Source of the DNA: a bacterium
GTDB lineage: Bacteria; UBA8248; JACPRG01; G963555815
Assembly (NCBI GenBank): GCA_965218795.1
Contig: OZ244653.1
Span: 352,001 to 416,000 of the forward strand
Reading direction: 5' to 3'
DNA length: 64,000 bases
Shown here: positions 10,004 through 20,391 of the stretch, piece by piece
How positions within the stretch are numbered: position 1 is the first letter of the stretch
Layout: each line of letters begins with the position of its first letter
The notes under the pieces: generated by a model
Database searches by the model: none
Told to the model about the DNA's origin: nothing
Seen by the model: the letters and a program-made list of their open reading frames with translations, nothing else
Position numbers and translations under genes: made by a program

Positions 10004-11056
10004 TCAAGAGCTCAGGCAGGATTCAATCACGGCCAACGCCCGGTCGATTTCCTCTTCGGTGACGTCCAGGTGGGTGAGGGCTCGGAAACGGGTTCCGCCG
10101 AGCATGCTCACCAGAACGCCGCGATCTTTCAGGGCCGCCGCCAGGTCCTTGGCCTTCTTTCCCGATCTGGCGATGTCGAAGACGACGATGTTCGTCGGCG
10201 TCGTCCCGAACGGCAGATCGACGTTCGGCATTGAGGCCATGCCTTCGGCCAGCTTCTTCGCCTTGGCGTGATCTTCCGCCAGCCGTTCGACGTGGTTCTT
10301 CAGCGCGTAGAGACCGGCCGCCGCCAGGATTCCCGCCTGCCGCATCCCGCCGCCGAGCATCTGCCGGACCCTTCGGGCTTCCTCGATCAGGTCCTTGGGA
10401 CCGGCGACCAGCGACCCGAAGGGCGCGCCGAGTCCCTTCGACAAGCAAAAGGAAAGGGTATCGGCGTTCCGCGCGATCTCCGCGACGGGCACGTCGGACG
10501 CAACGCTGGCATTGAACACCCGCGCGCCGTCCATGTGAAGCGGTATGCCCTGGTTATCGGACACCTTCTTGATCGCGCGCAGGGTGTCCATGGAATAAAC
10601 GGTCCCGCCGCCCCGGTTGTGGGTGTTCTCCACGCAGATGAGGCCCGTGCGGGCGCGGGGGAGGATTGGAGGCTGAACCGCCTCTTCCACCCGCTCTGCG
10701 GAAAGAAGGCCTCCATCCGTCTGGACGGGCCGGCATTGAACGCCGGAGACGGCCGCGGTGCCCCCGGATTCGAAGTTGTAGATGTGAGACGCTGCGTCGG
10801 CGATCAACTCATCCCCCTGTCGTGCGTGCAGACGGACCGCAATCTGGTTGGCCATGGTTCCCGACGTGACGAACAATGCGGCTTCTTTTCCTGCGACCTG
10901 GGCGGCAGCCTCCTCCAGCGCGTTGATGGTGGGATCTTCCCGGTAGGCATCGTCCCCGACGTCGGCCTCCGCCATGGCGCGCAGCATCCCTGAGGTCGGA
11001 CGGGTGACGGTGTCGCTCCGGATATCGATCGGTTTCGAATGGTTCACGCTAGTCAT
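10004..11056 (-). CDS. ltaE: Low-specificity L-threonine aldolase
   Basis: DIRSDTVT, VGDD, SGTMAN, ENTHN, HMDGAR and CLSKGLGAP (PLP lysine) motifs. Confidence 0.93.
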   Translation of the reverse strand: MTSVNHSKPIDIRSDTVTRPTSGMLRAMAEADVGDDAYREDPTINALEEAAAQVAGKEAALFVTSGTMANQIAVRLHARQGDELIADAASHIYNFESGGTAAVSGVQCRPVQTDGGLLSAERVEEAVQPPILPRARTGLICVENTHNRGGGTVYSMDTLRAIKKVSDNQGIPLHMDGARVFNASVASDVPVAEIARNADTLSFCLSKGLGAPFGSLVAGPKDLIEEARRVRQMLGGGMRQAGILAAAGLYALKNHVERLAEDHAKAKKLAEGMASMPNVDLPFGTTPTNIVVFDIARSGKKAKDLAAALKDRGVLVSMLGGTRFRALTHLDVTEEEIDRALAVIESCLSS

Positions 11057-12038
11057 CCTTGAAGAGAGGGAGAAAATGCTTGGCCATCAGATCGATCTGA
11101 TCGGGTTCGGTCGAGGTGGGGTGAATGATGATGTACTGGAGCCCGAAGTCCTTGAGGTCCTGGAGGGTCGCGCACATGTCGTCGATCGTCCCGGTCAGGT
11201 AGCAGTCCTGAAGATGGTCCCAGCTTCTATGGGTCCCCATGGCGAACTCGAAGTGGGGGCGCTGGATGTCGAGGCATTGATCGCGGTCATTGGACTCTAC
11301 CATGTGGGTGAACTGAACATGGGCGAGCTGAAGGGTCTGGGGGTCCCGGCCGACGGAGGCCACGTAATCCCGGGCCGCCGTCAGGTCGCGCTTCACCCAA
11401 TCCTTATAGCCGGTGTTTCGGACGACGAACGTGTCCGCCTTGGCGATGCGTCGGAGAACGCTCTTTGCGATCGTCGTCTTGTCGGGGGAGAGGTCCGTCG
11501 AGATGCGTGATCCCCCCGCCACCCAGACCTCCGGCACCTTGGGCGGAAGCGGATCGATTCGCACATCCTTGAACCGGTAGAACTGCCCCTCGAACGATGC
11601 GTTCTCCTGCGTCAGCAGAATGTTCACCGCGTCGAGTATCTCATCGGTGCGGGCCCCGCGCTCGGAGATGTCCGTTCCCGTCACCTCGAATTCCCGGTCG
11701 TACCACCCCGGCCCGATACCGAAGACATACCGCCCGCCGGACAGGAAGTCGAGGGTGGCAATCTCTTTGGCCAACAGGACGGGGTTCCGCAGGGGCAGGA
11801 CGAGTATGGAGGTGCCGATCCGAATGCGCTTCGTCACCGCGGCCACGTGAGACAGAAGCGACATGGGCTCCAGCCAGGAGACCCCATAGAGGCCGGCGGC
11901 GTGGAGGAGGTGGTCGATGACCCACACGCCGTCAAAGCCCAGGTCCTCGGCCTTGCGGGCGTACTCGCGTATCCCTTCGGCTTCGGTGTAATCCATCTTG
12001 TGGCGGGAGAAGGAAGGGATCCATGCGCCGAATTTCAT
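11049..12038 (-). CDS. LLM-class flavin-dependent oxidoreductase
   Basis: MKFG, AEDLGFDGVWVIDH, PLRNPVLLAKEIATLDFLSGGR, GIGPGW..EF motifs; start taken at ATG 12038. Confidence 0.9.
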   Translation of the reverse strand: MKFGAWIPSFSRHKMDYTEAEGIREYARKAEDLGFDGVWVIDHLLHAAGLYGVSWLEPMSLLSHVAAVTKRIRIGTSILVLPLRNPVLLAKEIATLDFLSGGRYVFGIGPGWYDREFEVTGTDISERGARTDEILDAVNILLTQENASFEGQFYRFKDVRIDPLPPKVPEVWVAGGSRISTDLSPDKTTIAKSVLRRIAKADTFVVRNTGYKDWVKRDLTAARDYVASVGRDPQTLQLAHVQFTHMVESNDRDQCLDIQRPHFEFAMGTHRSWDHLQDCYLTGTIDDMCATLQDLKDFGLQYIIIHPTSTEPDQIDLMAKHFLPLFKDD

Positions 12039-12194
12039 GGGGCCTTGTCCTTTCTTCAGCGTAGGGGCCGGGCTCCGTACCGGCCAACGCAGAGGAATCC
12101 GCGGCCTGAGCGGTCGCCCCGGTCCCCGCTTCGGGCACAGCCCTCCACCCGGACCGGGGCTGCCATATGACGAGAATTCTTGCAACCAATGTAC

Positions 12195-13169
12195 TCACTC
12201 ACCCCGGGATTCTCTTTCCACGAACATGGACAGGCGGTAACGGTCGCGCTCCTTGAGCCACAGCAGCAATTTCTCGTCCCGTTCCCGCAATAATTCCTCC
12301 CTGGATTGGCCGGCGTAATGATAGAATCCCGCGCCCGATTTCAGCCCCAGGTCTCCCCCGTCCACCATTTCCCGGACAACGGCCGGAACCTCCTTGGTAT
12401 CCGATATCTCCGGGAACATGCTCTCCCAGACCAGGCGGAAGGTGTCCAGTCCGCCGAAGTCCGGCACCTGCATCGGGTCCAGAATGGGAAAGCGGAGGGA
12501 TATGCCCTCGCGCATGACGGCGTCGATACCCTCCGCGTCCGTGACGCCGTCCTGAATCAGCGAAACGCACTCGCGGTAAAGGGCGGAGGCCAGGCGCACG
12601 CCGATGAAGCCCGGGATGCACTTGCGGATCAGGACCGGGGCGCTGCCGAGCGATTTCAGGATGTCCATCATCTCCTCAGCCGTTTCGTCTCCCGTTTCGG
12701 GCCCGAGGACGACCTCGACGAGGGGAACGAGATAGGCCGGATTCCAGAAGTGGGCGATGATGAGGCGTTGGGGGCGCGGGAAACCCGGAGCCAGCTCATA
12801 GATGTTCAGCCCCGAGGTCGTGCTCGCCACAAGGGCTTGCGGCGGAGCCTCTTGGCCGATGTCTTTGTATATCTCCCGTTTGGCGTCGGGAGACTCGGGG
12901 ATGGCTTCGAAGATCAGGTCTTGGCCCGCAAGGCCCGCGGCGAGGTCCGTGGTGACCGATACCCTCGCCAGGACGGTCTCCACGCAGCCCTCGGGCCCCG
13001 CTCCGTGACGGGTCAGGAGCTCGAGGTTCTTGGCGATTTGGCCCCGGGCTCTTTCCAGAGACCCCTGCCGGCGGGCGATCAGCGTGGTGTCCCACCCGTG
13101 GTGGGCGAACAACTGGCCGATCCCGTGCCCCATCGTGCCCGCACCGACGACGGCCATCCGCTGGGTCAA
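12195..13169 (-). CDS. 3-hydroxyacyl-CoA dehydrogenase family protein
   Basis: VVGAGTMGHGI Rossmann motif; EAIPE, ASTTS, HFWNP..VPLVEVV, PGFIG. Confidence 0.9.
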   Translation of the reverse strand: MTQRMAVVGAGTMGHGIGQLFAHHGWDTTLIARRQGSLERARGQIAKNLELLTRHGAGPEGCVETVLARVSVTTDLAAGLAGQDLIFEAIPESPDAKREIYKDIGQEAPPQALVASTTSGLNIYELAPGFPRPQRLIIAHFWNPAYLVPLVEVVLGPETGDETAEEMMDILKSLGSAPVLIRKCIPGFIGVRLASALYRECVSLIQDGVTDAEGIDAVMREGISLRFPILDPMQVPDFGGLDTFRLVWESMFPEISDTKEVPAVVREMVDGGDLGLKSGAGFYHYAGQSREELLRERDEKLLLWLKERDRYRLSMFVERESRGE

Positions 13170-13599
13170 TCGTCTGTCTCCGTCCGACTTGTCGGGTGGT
13201 GCTCGATTGAACGTCCTGCCCTTATCGTATGCGGACTTGAAACAGGGCGCAACATGGCTTTGTGAATTTCCATCGGCAATGCGCTCTGCCTGTTGACTCG
13301 GGTTTTGAGCGATGGGCTTGTTTCTCTGGGAAGGATGGAATCGCCCCGAGTCCTTACTTTTTGTAGGGTCAATACATGATGAAGCCCTGTCTCTTTAGAG
13401 AAACGGACCGAGCATGACGGAGATTCATCCCCCCTTCAGTTTTGAAGAACCCAGCTTGCTTGCGTGGATCAAGATGTTTTACGAGCGCTATCGCGGCGAC
13501 GCAAAATTCCGGAAACGGTTTCGCGAAGACCCCCCGGGGACCATCGACAAACGGAAGCGTGTCGCGACTTGCATCCCGCAATTCGCGTCCTGCGGGAGA

Positions 13600-14373
13600 T
13601 TATTCCCGAGGCCCCAGGTGTCGGCTGAACCAGTCGACGATCAGCGAGGCGCACTCGTCCACATGCCGGTCCTCTGAAAACCGGTGGTCCGCACCGCCGA
13701 TGATATGGATGGATTTCCCGCCCCCGGCGGCGTGGAAAAGATCCATGGCCTCCTTCGGCGGAATCAGCTCGTCCTCCTGGCCGTGGATGAGGAGAACCGC
13801 TGCCCTGGTCTTGGCGACGGCTCCCAGGACGTCCTGTTTCTTCGCATCGTCGATGAGCTGTAGTCCGATGTTCCCGAGCGGCGTGTCGATGAAGCCCTGC
13901 TCGCGGTAGATAGTCTCGCTGTTCGGGTTGTATTCTCCCGGTCGAGCCAGGGAGGCCATTAAAACCATGACCTCGACCTGGGGGTCCTGGGCGGCATAGA
14001 GCGCCGCGACGGCGCTGCCCATGCTGGACCCGATCAGCCCCAGCGGGCCGTTGGTTCTCGTACGCACGTAATCGACTGCGGACCGAAGGTCCTCCACCTC
14101 TCCCGTGAACGTCATCTCCTCCAGACTGCCTTCGGATTCGCCCACGAAGGAAAAATCGAACCGCAGGACTACGAAACCCCTCTCGGCAAGTCCATCGGCG
14201 AACCGCTTATGCTTGCTGCTGTCTTTGTTGGACAGCATCCCGTGACAGACCAGAACGGCCGGAGGATCCTTCTGCTCCGAAGAGGGGTCGGTATCCAGAT
14301 ATCCGCGAATTCTCTGGTTCCTGGCGTTGGGGAAGATGACGCGCTCTGTCTTTGGCGTGAACGGCCTCGGCAT
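13600..14373 (-). CDS. Alpha/beta hydrolase
   Basis: CHG, LRFDFSFVGESEG, GSSMG nucleophile elbow, HGQEDELIP, GADHRFS (Ser-Asp-His triad). Confidence 0.88.
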   Translation of the reverse strand: MPRPFTPKTERVIFPNARNQRIRGYLDTDPSSEQKDPPAVLVCHGMLSNKDSSKHKRFADGLAERGFVVLRFDFSFVGESEGSLEEMTFTGEVEDLRSAVDYVRTRTNGPLGLIGSSMGSAVAALYAAQDPQVEVMVLMASLARPGEYNPNSETIYREQGFIDTPLGNIGLQLIDDAKKQDVLGAVAKTRAAVLLIHGQEDELIPPKEAMDLFHAAGGGKSIHIIGGADHRFSEDRHVDECASLIVDWFSRHLGPRE

Positions 14374-14596
14374 GATGTGTCTCCCGGATTGATTCAGCCG
14401 GCATCTTAACATGCTCGAATTCCACCCTTCTTCCGTGCGGGAACGTTTCGCTCTGCATCCCGCACTCATTCGGAGAGGTTGATCACTGCGGCGGCCCGCT
14501 TGTGAAAGAATTGATTCCGTGGCAGAATTGCCCAATGAGTAAGGAGTTCAACCTGGGAATCAGACTTTCACGGATTCCGTCTTCTGAAGGTTCCTC

Positions 14597-15889
14597 ATGG
14601 CGCGAAAAAGTACGTTCACGACGCGCGGCTGGATGATCATCGCCGCGGGCTTTACGCTGATGGGCCTGGGCACGGGCGTCAGCTTCACGATTGGTGTCTT
14701 TCTGAAGCCCCTGGCTCAGGAGTTCTCGTGGACCCGGTCCGAGATCGCCCTGGCCTATTCGATCAATATGCTGGTCCTCGGGGCTTTCTCCTTCGTCATG
14801 GGCGCGATGTCCGACCGGTGGGGTGCGACGCGCGTTCTTCTGGCCGGATCATTGATCATGGCCCTGGGGATGTACCTCAACCGGCATCTCTCATCCATCT
14901 GGCAGCTCTATGTCTTCTACGGCCTGCTCATGGGAATGGGGAAGGCGGCGTTCCATTCCCCCCTCATGTCCTACATCGCACGGATCTTCGACAAGCGGCG
15001 GGGCCTGGCCGTCGGCCTCATTTTTTCGGGGACGGGCATCGGCCTGTTCGTCCTGGCCCCGCTGACCCGCTACCTCATCTCCACCGTCGGCTGGCGGATG
15101 ACCTTTGCCAGTCTGTCCCTGTCACTCGTCGTGATCGGCCTGCCCGCCCTTTGGTATTTCCGGGAAAAACAGGGGCAGGTGGTCGAGCGCTGGGACGAAG
15201 AACCCGTTGCCATTGCGTCGGGTGAGATGGTTCAAGCCGAGGTGAGCCCGGAGCCCGAACCGCCTGAGAAGTTCCATTGGAGGAACCGCTCCTATTGGGT
15301 CATGTGCGGCCTGCATTACTTTGACTGCGTTTGCCACTCCGTTCCTCTGGTTCACGTGGTGGCGTACGCGACGGACAGGAGCATCTCGCCGGAACAGGGG
15401 GCGGGCGTACTGGGAATCGTCGGGCTGGCGGCCATCGCAGGACGGGTCATTATTCCATCCCTGACCGACCGAATCGGCTCGAGAAACGGGCTTCTTCTGA
15501 CGCTGATCCTCCAAACGGGGATGATCCCATTCCTCATGGTCTCCGACACCCTGATCATGTTTTATGTTTTCGCCGTGATCTTCGGAATCGGATGGGGCGG
15601 CAACAGCCCGATGTACCCGCTCCTGACCCGGGAATACTTCGGGTCGAGACGCCTGGGCGCCATTTACGGGGGAACCATTGTGGCGGCCAGCCTGGGAATG
15701 GCGGCTGGCGGCTACATGGGCGGCCTGTTGTTCGATATTTCGGGAAGCTATCAGGCTTCCCTCTGGTTCAGCCTCACCGCGGGGGTCATTTCGATTGCGA
15801 TCATCCCATTCCTGAAGCCTTTGAGGCGGAGGAAGGAGAAGGAGCCGGTTCTGGTTCCGGTGTCCGCGCCCGCGGCGCTGAAGGCGTAG
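14597..15889 (+). CDS. MFS transporter
   Basis: 12 TM segments; motif A GAMSDRWGATR and TDRIGSR; FDKRRGLAVG. Confidence 0.92.
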   Translation: MARKSTFTTRGWMIIAAGFTLMGLGTGVSFTIGVFLKPLAQEFSWTRSEIALAYSINMLVLGAFSFVMGAMSDRWGATRVLLAGSLIMALGMYLNRHLSSIWQLYVFYGLLMGMGKAAFHSPLMSYIARIFDKRRGLAVGLIFSGTGIGLFVLAPLTRYLISTVGWRMTFASLSLSLVVIGLPALWYFREKQGQVVERWDEEPVAIASGEMVQAEVSPEPEPPEKFHWRNRSYWVMCGLHYFDCVCHSVPLVHVVAYATDRSISPEQGAGVLGIVGLAAIAGRVIIPSLTDRIGSRNGLLLTLILQTGMIPFLMVSDTLIMFYVFAVIFGIGWGGNSPMYPLLTREYFGSRRLGAIYGGTIVAASLGMAAGGYMGGLLFDISGSYQASLWFSLTAGVISIAIIPFLKPLRRRKEKEPVLVPVSAPAALKA

Positions 15890-15939
15890 CCTCTTCGATT
15901 GCGGGCGGGCGTTTTCGAACCCGGATTATCCATCGACTC

Positions 15940-15980
15940 CAATAAAAAAAGCGGAGCTTTATGCCCCGCTTTTTTTATTG
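15940..15980. terminator. Bidirectional intrinsic terminator
   Basis: CAATAAAAAAAGCGGAGC-TTTAT-GCCCCGCTTTTTTTATTG: hairpin with A- and T-tracts between convergent genes. Confidence 0.85.
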
Positions 15981-16009
15981 GTAAGCCGGAATCTTTCCGA
16001 CATTTCACA

Positions 16010-17392
16010 TCAATACTTCAGCTTGGCTTTTTCCCCGTCCGCGAGAATCAGCAGGATTCCATCTTCGGGGTGGAGGTACTTTTTCGCCACCCGGAGGATG
16101 TCTTGCCGGGTCACGGCGCGGATCAGACTCGGGAAGCGATCGATATAATCCAACCCCAGGTTGTACAGCTCAACGTTGGTGTAGAAGGACGCCAGATTCC
16201 GGTTGCCCGCCAGGCCCAGAGGGAAGCTTCCCGTGATGAAGGCCTTGGCGTCGGCCAATTCCTTCTCGGAAACCGGTTCTTTCCGCATTCGGCGAATCTG
16301 CTCGAAGAGCGCGTCCAGCGCGCGGTTGGCCGTTTCATTCCGGGTCCCCAGACCGGCCCGAAAAGTCCCCGCCTGAAGCCCGTAGGAGAAATAGCTCCAG
16401 GCGCTGTAGGCCAGACCCTGCTCCTCGCGGATGGTCTTGAGGATTCGTGACTCGAATCCGCCGCCGCCCAGAATGTAGTTCATGACCCGGACCGCGTAAT
16501 AGTCCGGATTGTTCCGGAGCGGCCCCGGATGGCCAAAAAGCACACGTGCCTGCGCGACGGGCCGCTGAATTTTTTCGACCTTCCGGCTGCCCGGAAATTT
16601 CGGCCGCGCAAAAGATTTTGTCGGGGGCCGAGAACCCACCCAGCCGGCCAGGGATTTCAGGAGGAGTTCTTCGGCCGCCTTCCGGCCGATGTCACCGACA
16701 ACAATGGCGATCGCCCCCTTGGGCCGGTAGTGGTCCCGGTGGAATCGCACAAGGTCATCCCGCCGGATGCGGCGGAGCGAATCCACTTCGCCGACCAGCC
16801 GGCGTCCATACGGATGGGAACCGTAGAGCGCGCGCCGGAAGGCCACCCTCGCCTGGGAGCCGGGATCTTGCTTGCTTCGCTCGATCCTCCCGATGGTCTC
16901 CTTGACCTCCCGCTGGAGTTCCTTTTCCGGAAACGAGGGGTGCAGAAGCATCTCTGCAAAGAGCTGCATGCCCCGCTCCAGGTCGGTGGTGGCGACGGTC
17001 ATTCCGCCGCTTGACGTATCCCTTCCCCCGCTGAAGCCGATCCGCCCCCCCAGCTCTTCGATCGCTTCCTGAAGCCCGACCGCCGTGCGGTCAGCCGTTC
17101 CCTCGGACATGAGATTCGCGGTCAGTGCGGCCAGTCCGGCCTTCTCTGCCGGTTCGTCGACGGCGCCGGCGCGGAAGGTGATGCGCAGGGTCACAAGCGG
17201 GAGCGAGCGCTGCTCGACGTGCAGGAGGATCATCCCGTTGGGGAGGACCGAGCGCGTGGCCCGGTACGAGGCCAAGGCGGGGGTATGGAGCCAAGCGGCG
17301 AATAGGAACCCTGCCGAGATGAGAGGAATCAATCGTCTCCCGCGGGGAAGCCGTGAGAGTTTGGATGCGGGTCGAACGTTGATCGTCTTCAT
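16010..17392 (-). CDS. M16 peptidase family protein, non-catalytic-type subunit
   Basis: LPNG, GLAALTANLMSEGT (no HxxEH), LGGGGFESR..IREEQGLAYS; ATGA overlap with upstream gene. Confidence 0.88.
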   Translation of the reverse strand: MKTINVRPASKLSRLPRGRRLIPLISAGFLFAAWLHTPALASYRATRSVLPNGMILLHVEQRSLPLVTLRITFRAGAVDEPAEKAGLAALTANLMSEGTADRTAVGLQEAIEELGGRIGFSGGRDTSSGGMTVATTDLERGMQLFAEMLLHPSFPEKELQREVKETIGRIERSKQDPGSQARVAFRRALYGSHPYGRRLVGEVDSLRRIRRDDLVRFHRDHYRPKGAIAIVVGDIGRKAAEELLLKSLAGWVGSRPPTKSFARPKFPGSRKVEKIQRPVAQARVLFGHPGPLRNNPDYYAVRVMNYILGGGGFESRILKTIREEQGLAYSAWSYFSYGLQAGTFRAGLGTRNETANRALDALFEQIRRMRKEPVSEKELADAKAFITGSFPLGLAGNRNLASFYTNVELYNLGLDYIDRFPSLIRAVTRQDILRVAKKYLHPEDGILLILADGEKAKLKY

Positions 17393-18792
17393 CGGGTGTG
17401 TTCCTGTCCGCGAGTCCCGCCCGGCATGCGCCTGCGCCGCTGGCCTTCCATCGGGAGCGGATGCAGGATGCCGACCGTACGGTTCTCGACAACGAGATAT
17501 TTTTTGGCCACTCGCTGGACGTCTTCGGCCGTGACTGTTGCAATCTTGGGGAGGTACTCGTCCAGCCAGCGCCATGACCCCGCAATCTCCGAACGGCCCA
17601 GGGACATGGCCCGGTAAAATTGCGAGTCCAGGCGAATCACGTATTCCGCAGCGAGGCGGCGCTTGATCCGGTTCATCTCGGCCGCGGTGGGCGGCTCGTG
17701 CTTGAGCTTTTCGACCTGTTCCCAGATATCGACTTCAACCTCCTGGACTTGGACGCCCGGCGCGGGCTGGGCATACACCGTAAACAGGTCCGGGTCGATT
17801 GAAATTCCCGGATGTCCCGCACCAATGGATATGACCTTCTGCTTCTCCCGCTGGATGACCCGATCGAGTCGGGCGGCCCGGCTGCCTCCCAGGATCTCTC
17901 CAAGGACGTCGAGCGCATACGAATCGTCGTTCTTGTAGGAAGGCACATGAAAGGCCGCCGCGAAGTAGGGGAGCCGGGCGGGACGCTTTACCTGGATGCG
18001 CCGCTCTCCCTTTTGCGCGGGCTCCCTTGACGTCACCGGCGGGGGAGCCGGTCCGCGGGGGACGGGGCCGAAATGTTTCCGGATTTGTCCGAGGATCTTC
18101 TCCTCCTGGAAATCCCCGACCGCAACGATGAATGCGTTGTTGGGAGCGTAATAAGTGCGGTAAAAATCCTTGGCCTCCTTCACGGTCAATCGCTGGATGT
18201 CCGTTTCCCATCCGATGACCGGATAACCATATGGGTGGGCCTGGAAAGCGGCTCCCCGGAGGTTTTCCCAAAGGAGGGAGTTCGGCTGGTCGTCAACGCG
18301 CCGCCGGCGTTCCTCCTGCACGACGTTCCGTTCAAGCAGGAACTCCTTCGGGTCCAGGAGGAGGTTCTTCATCCGGTCCGCCTCCAACTCGATGGCGACC
18401 TCCACCCGAGCGGCAGCGATTCGTTCGAAGTAGGCGGTGTAATCCTGGCTCGTGAAGGCGTTGTGCCGCCCGCCGTTTCGCTGGACGATGTTGGAAAATG
18501 CCTTGGCCCCGTATTTCGGTGTCCCCTTGAACATCATGTGCTCGAGGAGGTGGGCGAGACCGGTCCTGCCGGGCAGCTCGTTCCGCGCGCCCACTCGATA
18601 CCAGATCATGAACGTCACGACGGGCGCTCGGGAATCCCTAAGTAGAAGAACCTTTAATCCGTTGGAGAGCGTTTCCTCCTTCACTTTCCAGGGGACTTTT
18701 GGGATGGCCCCTACTGAGAACGCCTGAGCCGTGCTCAGAAAAAATCCGGTGGCCACCAACAGAAGGGCGGTGAACAAAAGCTTTCTTTTCAT
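17389..18792 (-). CDS. M16 zinc peptidase (pitrilysin family), catalytic subunit with signal peptide
   Basis: GLAHLLEHMMFKGT (HxxEH), NAFTSQDYTAY, ERNVVQEERR; N-terminal signal peptide ending AQA. Confidence 0.93.
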   Translation of the reverse strand: MKRKLLFTALLLVATGFFLSTAQAFSVGAIPKVPWKVKEETLSNGLKVLLLRDSRAPVVTFMIWYRVGARNELPGRTGLAHLLEHMMFKGTPKYGAKAFSNIVQRNGGRHNAFTSQDYTAYFERIAAARVEVAIELEADRMKNLLLDPKEFLLERNVVQEERRRRVDDQPNSLLWENLRGAAFQAHPYGYPVIGWETDIQRLTVKEAKDFYRTYYAPNNAFIVAVGDFQEEKILGQIRKHFGPVPRGPAPPPVTSREPAQKGERRIQVKRPARLPYFAAAFHVPSYKNDDSYALDVLGEILGGSRAARLDRVIQREKQKVISIGAGHPGISIDPDLFTVYAQPAPGVQVQEVEVDIWEQVEKLKHEPPTAAEMNRIKRRLAAEYVIRLDSQFYRAMSLGRSEIAGSWRWLDEYLPKIATVTAEDVQRVAKKYLVVENRTVGILHPLPMEGQRRRRMPGGTRGQEHTR

Positions 18793-18963
18793 CCTGGACG
18801 CCTCAATTCCGCAAGCTGACAGGAAGCAGGGCCTGATCCCCGATTTTTGACTCTGCTTGGAAGATATAGACTATGAAGTGAGGAGTCGCAAGGGTGGAAT
18901 GACCGCATGCAGGCGATGGCACAGTGCGGGAGTTGGCGCGCGAACTGTGCCAACGTATCGGAG

Positions 18964-19103
18964 ACCTGCCCCCGAGTGTTTTAGTCGGGAAATGGATTTC
19001 CGCTTGCGCAGGAATGACAGAAGCAGGACCATGCAGACCCCCCCCGTCTTATCATTCCCACCCCCGACGAAAGCCTTCGGGGACAGGCTGCGGCGGGAAT
19101 CCA
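18964..19103. repeat. Composite REP-like palindromic element
   Basis: TGGATTTCCGCTTGCGCAGGAATGAC (18993-19018) and an inverted copy TCATTCCC...GGCGGGAATCCA (19052-19103). A second module at 18964-18990 is inverted at about 19062-19088. Confidence 0.6.
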
Positions 19104-19486
19104 CACCGAACGACCCCATCCGGGATATCGAAACCAGGGCCGAAGGCCCATCGAAACCATCAGCCTGCTCGTTAGCCAAGATGGTTAAGAAGACAGTTTT
19201 TTTAGGTTTTTAAACAGACGAAGACCTGGCCACTCCTTCCACCTTCTTCATTACACTGATCGGCCATGCCTTTGGAAAACAGAACAGTCATCTTTACAGA
19301 GTCTTGGCCGTTTTTCGAAAGGAGATTGAATGAATGCGATTTTCTTGCAAGATCAGCGAAAGAACATTGGCTTGGCAATATCCCTTCCCGTGATACGATT
19401 TTCCGAGAAGGGGATGTGAGTACCACGAAAAAACGAAAGTATGGGTTCCACCGGATAAGAACGAGAAACGGAAGGGAGAGCCGGAA

Positions 19487-20158
19487 ATGAGCATTTTCCT
19501 CTTATTGCTCATCATCGCTGTGTTGATGGTAGTCGTACGATCCGGGGCGATCGCCCTGGAACTCACAGGGGTTCCCAAGACCATTGCCCGGTTTCAAGCT
19601 CTTTCCGCACTGACCGGCACGGGATTCACGACCCGTGAGGCGGAGACGGTCGTCCAACATCCGTTACGCCGGCGGATCATTTCCGTCCTGATGATTGTGG
19701 GCAACATCGGGGTTGTCACCATAGTCTCCACTTTCGTGATTGCGCTTCAGGGCGGAGGCCCGATTCGGCCATCCATCAACCTCATCATCCTGGGAATCGG
19801 AGTCTATGTGTTTTATCGTCTCGCAACACACAGGCGGTTTCTTTCGATCATCTCGATTTGGATCCGACGAAAGCTGAAAGAGGCGTTGCCGCTGGAAACG
19901 GATGTTCTCGTCGATGAAGTAATGCATCAAGGATTGGGATTCGGGATATCCAGATTAACTATCAGCGGGAATTCAGGGATCGCAGGGAAGACCGTGGAAG
20001 AGTCGGGAATCCGGGAACAGGAGGCGATCATTCTGTCCATCGAGCGGGACGGGGCTTTCATTCCGGTCCCCAAGGCTGCCCGGCAAATCGAAGAAGGAGA
20101 CCGTCTGCTTTGCTACGGAAGGACAGAGTCTTTGCGGCGATTGGTCGAGACGGCCTGA
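19487..20158 (+). CDS. Membrane protein with K+-channel-like pore segment and TrkA_C (RCK-C) domain
   Basis: ARFQALSALTGTGFTTREAE pore-like motif between TM helices; C-terminal GKTVEESGIR..ILSIER..IEEGDRLLCYG. Confidence 0.82.
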   Translation: MSIFLLLLIIAVLMVVVRSGAIALELTGVPKTIARFQALSALTGTGFTTREAETVVQHPLRRRIISVLMIVGNIGVVTIVSTFVIALQGGGPIRPSINLIILGIGVYVFYRLATHRRFLSIISIWIRRKLKEALPLETDVLVDEVMHQGLGFGISRLTISGNSGIAGKTVEESGIREQEAIILSIERDGAFIPVPKAARQIEEGDRLLCYGRTESLRRLVETA

Positions 20159-20391
20159 CTTCCTCCGCCCCGCCCACCGTTCAATTCTAGACCTCATGCA
20201 GAACCCGATGGCATTGCATACCGAACCCCTGGTCCAGCTGCATCACTGCGAGTCTCTGGACAAAGAGCCGTCTTCTTCGGTCGGGCCATTCGGCGATGTC
20301 AGACTGAGCGGCTGAGACGAAGACAAAGGGCGGTAAACTGAAAATCCAGTAAAGCGTATTATCCATTGAATGCCTGACACGTCCTGCCTCA

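Noticed and set aside
9729-10007. 92-aa ORF between ltaE and the Mo-subunit gene
   Set aside because: No Cys pattern of a 2Fe-2S subunit or any other motif; cannot be supported as a gene.
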